A DNA stretch of 23,107 nt from a virus. Position numbers and translations under genes: made by a program. The stretch is from UHGV virus genome UHGV-1970859, one strand, 5' to 3'. Positions 15,287-22,105 of the stretch are shown here, piece by piece (the first letter of the stretch is position 1; each line of letters begins with the position of its first letter). The notes beneath the pieces are model-generated. The model was not told where the DNA came from. It did no database searches and worked only from the letters and a program-made list of their open reading frames with translations.

Positions 15287-18154
15287 TCATATATCGCGGC
15301 GCGTTTTTTGCTCATTTACGGGATTTGTGAATCCCGTTTCTGTCTGTTTTTTGTTTCCACTGGTCAGGCCACCCCGCAGCAGGTCTGCTTTGCGGCGGGC
15401 GCGTTCAGTGGTTTCACTGATTCTCTGTGCGTGCTCTGCGTCGCGGATGGCGCGCAGCATGTCAGAAAGCACGGTAACGGGTGTTTTCATGGTGTTCTGG
15501 TCTTGCTGAAGTGTGGATGCCAGGCGTGCGGCGGCTTCGGGGTCTGATGCCCCCAGCTGTTCCAGATAGCTGGCGACCGGGTTATGGCGGATCTCCGTGC
15601 TGCTTACGCCGTGGTTACGGCTCAGGCGCTGCCAGAGCTGCGTGATCCGGCTGTCCGGTCTGGTATCCGGTTTGCGTACAATTTCAAATCCCTGCGGTGC
15701 AATGATGCTGCCGTCAACGTACAGACTGCCGCCCCGTAACAGGTGCTGCATCTGTTGTTCACCGATATGCAGGCCGAGAGATTCAGCAGACTCCCGCCAT
15801 TCTTTAGCGAGTAATTCGTGGTTATCAGGCAAAGGCCGCTGCTGTTTGCGGCTCTGTGTCCAGCTCTGCATTTCATCACTGCTGTTTTTTGCCTGTTTGT
15901 CACGAAGCGAACGCATCAGCGCCCGGCGTTCGTGCCGTTTCAGTGAGCGCATCCATTCGTTCACTTCAACGCCGTCAGGGAGCTGCGGCCACGGTGCTGG
16001 CCGTTCTTCCGGCTGTTCTGTCCCGTTGTTGTCCGTTTCCTGTACACGGGGACAGTTATTGCCACGAGTCCAAGGGGCGGCAGGGCCGCCCTGAAGGTCA
16101 AAACCATTTTCGCGGGCGCTGTCTTCCGCTTCCGGTTTGCGTCTTACCAGCTTCCAGTTATCCGGATGCGTGCATACGCGGGAAGACTCCCCAATGAGCG
16201 GCGACCAGATCCCGTAAATCTGTACACTCTGCTCGCCGTAATCGTTCAGCTCATCTGCGAGGTCGTAGGCTGTGCGAATCAGGTAGTCCTTGCGCGGAAC
16301 AAGTACGCCACCCTGTTTTTCAATGTAGGTGGCAAAACATCCGGCATCAGCGGCAGCGAGTACCGCATCCATTGCGTCATCCTTCAGCCGTTGCGGGCCT
16401 TCCGGGTTGCGTGCCATCTGGCTGGCAAGGCGGCGGAGTTCACGCCACACCTGACGGGAGGGGATGCCAAAGAACTGGAACTGGCGGACCCGGTGAAGGC
16501 GCGCCCAGCCGATGGCACGCTCCACGCTCTCGGCCATTGATTTACCTGTTTCGTGGTCAACGCGTGGCTTGCCCGTTTTCGGGTCGATGCCATCCACGGC
16601 ACGGCTGTCCAGGTTTTTCCCGATGTAGGTGGCGATGTAGCTGGTCGGTGTGCCTTTTGAGCCGTCGACGTACTCTGCCTTAAAGCGTGGGGTAATATCA
16701 TCACCCAGCTCGTGACGATCTTCCTGAATGGCAATATCGCGGGTGTGGGACACAATGGTGTCGATTTCTTCCGGATGAGCAAAGACCATCATATGCCAGT
16801 GCACGGTGCCGTCATGGTGAGGCTCCACCGTGCGGATGCCATACCAGCGCAGGCCGTCGCGGTTCAGTTTCTTGCGGACTGCCGCAAAAAACGTGTTAAC
16901 CAGGTAATCGCTGGAGTCGCGCATGGTGGCCCCGTTCCATTTGGGATTCTGATGACCGTTCTCTGTTGTGGCGTGGTATTTTGACGGGCAGGTGACAGTC
17001 AGAAACACCGCTTTGTCGCCACGGGCTTCGGCCAGAAGTTCCAGTCCCTTCATGGTGGCCATCATTTCTGCCTTACGGTGAACCGGGTTACTTACTCCCG
17101 CGTAATACACTGTCTCGAGATCAATCGTGAACCCGTCTTCATTTTCCAGCATGAAACTTTTCAGGAAATCGCGTGTTTTCTCGCGCTGTGCGCGAAACTC
17201 GCTTAACGCGTCCTGGCTCAGATAAGGCGATGTTTTTCTGGAAACCAGACAGGCGGCGCGGAGTTGTTCTTCTCTCCACTCGCAACGTAACAGCCACAGT
17301 TTGCGTTTCCACCATTCCGCACAGGTCAGGCGAAGGATTGCACCCGGCAGCAGCTCTGTGTCCGGTTCGTTCCTCCGGTCTTTGTCTGTTGTCAGTACGT
17401 CATAATGCGGAGGCATGGCGTGCAGGTGTAACGCCATGCGGGCCAGCATCTGATACGCCTTCAGGGTTACATCCATGGTCAGCTCGCCATCGGTCGCGCC
17501 AAAGCCATCGCAGAGTTTTTCGAAGGTGCTGCTGAACATCGCCGCCGTCATGGTGGCCAGCGTCTGTATCTGGTGTTTGTTGAGCTGCGGCAGGTAAAGC
17601 AAATCGTCCAGGCGCTCGCGTCCGGCAAGGGAGCGATAACCCGGTGTCAGCCAGCGTCCGTCAGTGCGATCCAGACGTTCGAATATTTTGCGCAGGGTTC
17701 CGCGTGCATAGCGTTCCGCCTGCCAGTTCTTTTTGCCTTTCTGACGATCGGCTTCCTGCTTCTTGCGCAGAAAAGAGAGGTGGCGGCTCAGAGGTTCACG
17801 CAGATAAACGGGAAGCACCTTCAGTGTGGCAAAAGCACGGGCCACCGGGTCTTGTTCTGTTGCCTGACGCTTGCTGATGATGCTTTGTGTCAGCTTTTCA
17901 CGCTGTCCGGCTTCCTCAAGGGATGCCATGAGTTTTTTACCCACGGTGGATTGTGCGAAAAAGGCTTCCTCCTTCGCTTCCTGTTCTTCCAGGGCCTTTT
18001 TGTCTGCTTCAAGGTAGTAACGGATGGCGCGTTGCAGGTCGGTTTCAGTTTCCTGCCTGCGCTCCGTAAATCTGGCCGGATCAATGGCTGGCCGTGGTTC
18101 ATTCCAGCTCCATGCAAACTCACTCATGGCTGGTATCCCGTCACGTGCTGCCAC
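15287..18154 (-). CDS. A: Replication initiation protein gpA (HUH rolling-circle endonuclease)
   Basis: 955-aa ORF. [21 protein letters not shown] (HUH motif) and [13 protein letters not shown] (paired catalytic tyrosines) resemble P2 gpA ([35 protein letters not shown]). Track start is GTG at 18154; an ATG at 18127 is coupled (ATGA) to the upstream gene stop and may be the true start. Confidence 0.9.
   Translation of the reverse strand: [955 protein letters not shown]
15313..15351. repeat. Repeat unit 2 containing the palindrome ACGGGATT-TGTG-AATCCCGT (about 15318-15337)
   Basis: Near-identical to unit 1 including flanks (TTTACGGGATT...AATCCCGTTT.TG.CTGTTTT), 73 bp away. Lies within the last codons of A. 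Confidence 0.5.
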
Positions 18155-18513
18155 TCCAGCGAGAAGAGGGTGGAAAGGCGGTTAAATTCAGCGGTGTATT
18201 CACTCAGCGAGGCACACCCGCCAGCAGTGCGATGCGCCAGCATTGCCGCAAATATGGAGGCCGGGGAGTCGTAATACGCCAGCAGTGATTCGCCGTGTGG
18301 TGTCAGGCAGTGCAACGCCAGCCCATGTGGTGTGAAGTCCACGCGGTAGCAGTCGTCTACTGTGAAATAAAGGGTGTCTGCATTCTCCGGTTTTGTGGTG
18401 CGTGCTCTGTTGTCACGACCACGGATGTAGAGATCAAATAATCCCTGAAGAACGGGAGCCAGACGGGTGTCCTGTGTGCGCACCCATCTTGTGAAGTCAT
18501 GAGCGTCAATCAT
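18124..18513 (-). CDS. Hypothetical early-operon protein (129 aa)
   Basis: ORF translationally coupled to A. No recognisable motif. Occupies the position of the small P2 orf80-83/B genes. Confidence 0.45.
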   Translation of the reverse strand: MIDAHDFTRWVRTQDTRLAPVLQGLFDLYIRGRDNRARTTKPENADTLYFTVDDCYRVDFTPHGLALHCLTPHGESLLAYYDSPASIFAAMLAHRTAGGCASLSEYTAEFNRLSTLFSLEWQHVTGYQP

Positions 18514-18621
18514 GCTGCAATTCTCTCTACTAAGGATGTGCGAAGGCTTCCTGCCAAAAAACTCAGAAGCGGTCGGTTACAGGAATTGGCGTTCTACGAG
18601 TAGTTATTGCTGGCTTGAGGT

Positions 18622-18840
18622 TCATTTCTGTTTAATTCCGTGCATGCTGTAGAAGAAATCAAAAGTGTTATCTATGCGTATCATGAGCTCACGCTGCATC
18701 GCTTCTGGTGTTTCTGGTTCACCTGGTGAGCCAACGCCCGCGAAGAAATCACCGATCTCGCTTTGAATAAGTACCTTTAGCGTTGCTGAGGAATTCATGC
18801 GTGTGCGGTGATGTCTGCGAGTGATTCTTCTACTGCTCAT
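18622..18840 (-). CDS. Hypothetical small early protein (72 aa)
   Basis: ORF with Arg-rich N-terminus, start overlapping the stop of the upstream ORF (ATGA). Same strand and operon as A. Confidence 0.4.
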   Translation of the reverse strand: MSSRRITRRHHRTRMNSSATLKVLIQSEIGDFFAGVGSPGEPETPEAMQRELMIRIDNTFDFFYSMHGIKQK

Positions 18841-19040
18841 TTGCGTGGATCCTGTACCTGTCGGATAAGATTCACCCGCGCCACATTAGTGGCGCAGAAG
18901 TAAGTGCCGTCAGTGAGATAGATGTGGTGTGCATCCTTTTCTGAGCGGTGTTTGTCGATTGTGGTAATCAGGCGTTCGTCGACTTCGTATTCACGTCCTC
19001 TGGAGGTGAAACGAACGACAGGAAAATGCTTAATTGCCAT
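18837..19040 (-). CDS. Hypothetical small early protein (67 aa)
   Basis: ORF in the early operon; no recognisable motif. Confidence 0.4.
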   Translation of the reverse strand: MAIKHFPVVRFTSRGREYEVDERLITTIDKHRSEKDAHHIYLTDGTYFCATNVARVNLIRQVQDPRK

Positions 19041-19125
19041 TACGCCTCCTTGGGTGTGCGAATACCTCTGCGAATGCAGATTGTGTTCACATTTTCTTAT
19101 TTAAGATGGGGTTTTATTTACGCTG

Positions 19126-19239
19126 TTATTCGCCAGTGAAAAAGCGTTCAATCTTTTTTACTGAATTAATAATTCGCATAATACCAATTGCACAGACCAC
19201 CGAAATAATCAGAACAATCCATGATATAAATATACTCAT
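19126..19239 (-). CDS. Candidate 37-aa hydrophobic peptide (single TM)
   Basis: Own translation: MSIFISWIVLIISVVCAIGIMRIINSVKKIERFFTGE. Its ATG overlaps the stop of the 80-aa upstream gene (ATGA coupling). Below the ORF-track size threshold. The track ORF 19166..19351 in another frame is probably spurious. Confidence 0.3.
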   Translation of the reverse strand: MSIFISWIVLIISVVCAIGIMRIINSVKKIERFFTGE

Positions 19240-19478
19240 GCGATATTTCCCAGTTTGTACGGCTCAATATGCTCCCCGCATTCTGCGGCGCAGATAAGCT
19301 CAGAAAGTTCGTTAAGTGCATCCAGATCGTCAGCGTAAAAAGCCACGTCATACAGACTCCGGATAGCCCTGGTCAATGAGTCACGGGCTGCACGTTCTGA
19401 ATGAGCGCCTGATGCGCTTAAGCGAAAATAAAAACGCTCAAGTGCTTTGTTGATGAGAGTTTTATATTCTTTATCCAT
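19236..19478 (-). CDS. Hypothetical small early protein (80 aa)
   Basis: ORF in the early operon, predicted helical; no recognisable motif. Confidence 0.45.
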   Translation of the reverse strand: MDKEYKTLINKALERFYFRLSASGAHSERAARDSLTRAIRSLYDVAFYADDLDALNELSELICAAECGEHIEPYKLGNIA

Positions 19479-19489
19479 CGCAACACCCT

Positions 19490-19768
19490 TTAATCTGCTT
19501 TCTGAATTTCAGCTTCTGAATCCATGCAGATAATTTCGATATAGGGTTCATCGCCATTAACCTGACGAGATTTTTCGGCTTCGCTAATTATTTCGCGAAT
19601 GGTCTGGTACGGAAGCTCTACAGTCAGGCGTGTACCGTTCAGATAAACGTAGGTAGCTGCGTTTTTTTCAGATGGAACTACTCCGTCAATAGCTGATGCG
19701 CGTAATAACAGTTCACCGCGAAAATCAATAAAGCGGATAAATACACCTTGTGCATGGTCTTTAGTCAT
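19490..19768 (-). CDS. Hypothetical early protein (about 92 aa)
   Basis: Track ORF 19490..19813. The internal ATG at 19768 avoids overlap with the upstream gene. No recognisable motif. Confidence 0.4.
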   Translation of the reverse strand: MTKDHAQGVFIRFIDFRGELLLRASAIDGVVPSEKNAATYVYLNGTRLTVELPYQTIREIISEAEKSRQVNGDEPYIEIICMDSEAEIQKAD

Positions 19769-19778
19769 AAAGCACCTG

Positions 19779-20129
19779 TTATAAATCAGCCTGTTTAATA
19801 AAACTTTGCCCACGAAGCAGACGATCGACTGTGCGCAGTGCTTCGTACAATGTGAAATCCTGCCCGAACTGATTATCGCCGCTGCTTAATGCAAAAATGC
19901 GGTTTCCGGTAAACGGATTGCGTGGGCATCTGTGAACCACGATTCCAGCTTTCTCAATCAGCCAGGTGTGTTCGCCGATTTGTGTTACTGCGTGCCCATC
20001 TGGTGTTGCGTGCGTCTCGTTCAGGTTATAGCGACTGTTACTACGTGATGCACTGGTAGCGACGTGGTGTACATGGCGTTCTACGCCATTACGAAATTTG
20101 AAGTATGGATTATTAGCATTTTTTTTCAT
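19779..20129 (-). CDS. Hypothetical early protein (116 aa)
   Basis: ORF directly downstream of the cox-like gene; His/Cys-containing, no recognisable motif. Confidence 0.45.
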   Translation of the reverse strand: MKKNANNPYFKFRNGVERHVHHVATSASRSNSRYNLNETHATPDGHAVTQIGEHTWLIEKAGIVVHRCPRNPFTGNRIFALSSGDNQFGQDFTLYEALRTVDRLLRGQSFIKQADL

Positions 20130-20150
20130 GATGATGCTCTGTTCATTGTT

Positions 20151-20354
20151 TTAGCTGTTAGCCAAAGCGTCTTTTAACATCGCCACAAGGTTTACTTCAG
20201 GCTTTTCCATTTTGGCGCGTTTGGGGCGGATAATAATTCGACCGTCAGCCAACATCTTTTTGCATGTATTAAGAGGGATACCTGTTATCTCTGCATATTT
20301 CTGCAGGGATACATAGGGGGCATTCACATGGATATTGATGGTTATACCTGACAT
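20151..20354 (-). CDS. cox: Cox-like HTH DNA-binding protein (putative excisionase / switch regulator)
   Basis: 67 aa. APYVSLQKYAEITGIPLNTCKKMLADGRI resembles the P2 Cox HTH (IPYQEFAKLIGKSTGAVRRMIDKGKLPVI). GAGG Shine-Dalgarno. Located at the head of the early operon. Confidence 0.55.
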   Translation of the reverse strand: MSGITINIHVNAPYVSLQKYAEITGIPLNTCKKMLADGRIIIRPKRAKMEKPEVNLVAMLKDALANS

Positions 20355-20370
20355 CCCACTAGCCTCGTGA

Positions 20371-20577
20371 TCAGGAAGATTTGTTTTGTTCTTTCTGGGT
20401 TAGCTCTAGGCCGCGAAGGAAGATCATGCGCGCCATGTTAGAGGATGAGCGTTGTTCTTTAGCTGCCATTTCATCAATGACGGCTCGCTCCTCGAGTGAC
20501 AGCCGAAGTGCCAGTCTTGGACCTGTGGCGGTGTTACGCGGAATGCGTGATCTGGTATCGTGAAGAACTTGTTTCAT
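20371..20577 (-). CDS. Ribbon-helix-helix (Arc/CopG-like) DNA-binding protein, first gene of the early operon
   Basis: 68 aa. PRLALRLSLEERAVIDEMAAKEQRSSSNMARMIFLRGLE fits the RHH beta-strand/helix-A pattern. No obvious Shine-Dalgarno, so possibly leaderless or weakly translated. Confidence 0.45.
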   Translation of the reverse strand: MKQVLHDTRSRIPRNTATGPRLALRLSLEERAVIDEMAAKEQRSSSNMARMIFLRGLELTQKEQNKSS

Positions 20578-20652
20578 AGTGGTATATTGTGATCATCTAA
20601 TAGCTCGTGAAATCATTTTGGTATCAAAAAAGATACCTGTCAAGGTTTTTGT
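20578..20652. promoter_or_regulatory. Lysis-lysogeny switch region (divergent genes, expected face-to-face promoters and operators)
   Basis: 75-bp gap between the early operon and the repressor gene. TGGTAT(C) repeats at about 20553, 20580 and 20619, and an inverted pair GGTATC-AAAAAA-GATACC at about 20620-20637. TATATT -10-like hexamer. Confidence 0.4.
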
Positions 20653-21057
20653 ATGAAAAATGATATTGGTCAGCGGTTGCGTGAGGAAAGGGAAAGATTG
20701 GGACTTAGTCAAGTTGCTATGAGCGACATTGGTGGAGTCAAAAAGCTAACTCAGCTTAGATATGAGAAAGGAGATAGCTTTCCTGATGCTGCGTATTTGG
20801 CAGCGCTGTCTCGTTTTGGCCTTGATGTTCAGTATGTTGTGTTGGGAATTCACTCACCTGAAACTTATAACGATGATGAGCAGGAGCTGATTACTCGCTT
20901 TCGAGCAGCTTCGTTAGATGTGAAAAACGCCGTGATCGGGGCTTTAAAAGGTGCGATCAGTGAAAAGGAAACTCAGCCATCAGGACGTGAGTTAAATATT
21001 TCTGGTGGTAATAACCGTATCGCTGGTCGTGACTATAACGAAACTAAGGGTAGGTGA
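20653..21057 (+). CDS. Immunity repressor (C-like), XRE-family HTH
   Basis: 134 aa. N-terminal GQRLREERERLGLSQVAMSDIGGVKKLTQLRYEKGDSFPDAAYLAALSRFGLDV is a classic XRE HTH. Divergent from the early operon and on the same strand as int, as for P2 C / 186 cI. Confidence 0.7.
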   Translation: MKNDIGQRLREERERLGLSQVAMSDIGGVKKLTQLRYEKGDSFPDAAYLAALSRFGLDVQYVVLGIHSPETYNDDEQELITRFRAASLDVKNAVIGALKGAISEKETQPSGRELNISGGNNRIAGRDYNETKGR

Positions 21058-21072
21058 TAGTAGGGAGGTGAC

Positions 21073-21723
21073 ATGGCCGTCAACTCAAACGGTTCAAACA
21101 ATCGCGTTGCTGGACGTGATTTTCACGAAAAGAATATTCAGATAGCGCGATATGATGGTTCTCATACCGTCAATATCGCAATCCCTTCGAATAATGATGA
21201 TGACGATCGCCCTTTGCTTAAGGCTCAGCGTAAGGAGCTAAATAGCTTGGTTGCTGCTATTGCAGAAGCTAGCAATACTGAAGCGTTTATTATTTGGCAA
21301 AAAGTACATGCGGAGATTGGTGTAGCTGGTATTGATGATATGACAGTAAATCAATATAAAACAGCGGAGAGTTTTCTGCATGCAATGCTTGAGCGATGTA
21401 AAGATCATGATGCCTGTAAGACTCTTGTAAGTTTATTACTACGTAACAGTGAAGACTGTGGACTTCGACAAAAACTTCTGCGGTATTGCCATATCAATTT
21501 CGGTACAGGACGTTTAAACGATCTTACTCGTTCTCAGTTACAGTCTGCATTGTCGTGGTTAGAGCAACAATCGGTATCAAGCCATACAGAGAATTCGACC
21601 TTACCAGAAGTCCGACTTCGTGCTTCAGAATTAATCCGACTTTATCCAAAAGAAATAATATTCTTTATCTGCGTAGGGGTTTTGGTAGGCGGTGCCATTT
21701 CTAGGGTGTTTTTTAATTTGTAA
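21073..21723 (+). CDS. Hypothetical tail-anchored membrane protein (216 aa) in the lysogenic operon
   Basis: GGGAGGTG Shine-Dalgarno. Low-complexity N-terminus (NNDDDD), helical central region, C-terminal TM segment IIFFICVGVLVGGAISRVFF. Its N-terminus repeats a motif from the repressor C-terminus. Confidence 0.5.
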   Translation: MAVNSNGSNNRVAGRDFHEKNIQIARYDGSHTVNIAIPSNNDDDDRPLLKAQRKELNSLVAAIAEASNTEAFIIWQKVHAEIGVAGIDDMTVNQYKTAESFLHAMLERCKDHDACKTLVSLLLRNSEDCGLRQKLLRYCHINFGTGRLNDLTRSQLQSALSWLEQQSVSSHTENSTLPEVRLRASELIRLYPKEIIFFICVGVLVGGAISRVFFNL

Positions 21724-21752
21724 TCTTACTTGAGCTAAATTGAGGTAATGAT

Positions 21753-22100
21753 ATGAAAGTAAAAAAGGTTCAACTATTAGTTACTTTTTTATCTATGTTT
21801 TCTTTTTCCGCCGTCGCAATGCCTTTTAAAAATATTGAACGTGAGAGTTTCAATGGGGTATGGCCATTTAATACTGATGAGGTTCAATTACAGTGTCTTG
21901 ATGGTAATCCTTATGTGATGAATTTTGACGATAATAAGTTATATGCGCTTACAGGTTTGGCTCGAATAAAAGGTAAAACATTTGGTGCGTTACCGTTAGA
22001 TAACAATAATCCATTTTGGCTAGATAATGATGCCGCCCCAGGGTTAAAAAAGAGTCTGGGGGATGTCACTAAGGCTGCATTTGATTTATGTGATAAGTAA
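21753..22100 (+). CDS. Secreted YebY-like (DUF2511) protein
   Basis: 115 aa with signal peptide (MKVKKVQLLVTFLSMFSFSAVA). NGVWPFNTDEVQLQC...PYVMNF and C-terminal AAFDLC resemble E. coli YebY (AWPFTREEVMLTC...LYVINP...LC) as recalled from memory. AT-rich. Confidence 0.55.
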   Translation: MKVKKVQLLVTFLSMFSFSAVAMPFKNIERESFNGVWPFNTDEVQLQCLDGNPYVMNFDDNKLYALTGLARIKGKTFGALPLDNNNPFWLDNDAAPGLKKSLGDVTKAAFDLCDK

Positions 22101-22105
22101 CTAAA

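Noticed and set aside
15597-16683. Plus-strand ORFs within the A gene (15597..16094, 15856..16197, 16166..16540, 16372..16683)
   Set aside because: All antisense to the gpA replication protein, whose HUH and tyrosine motifs fix the true frame.
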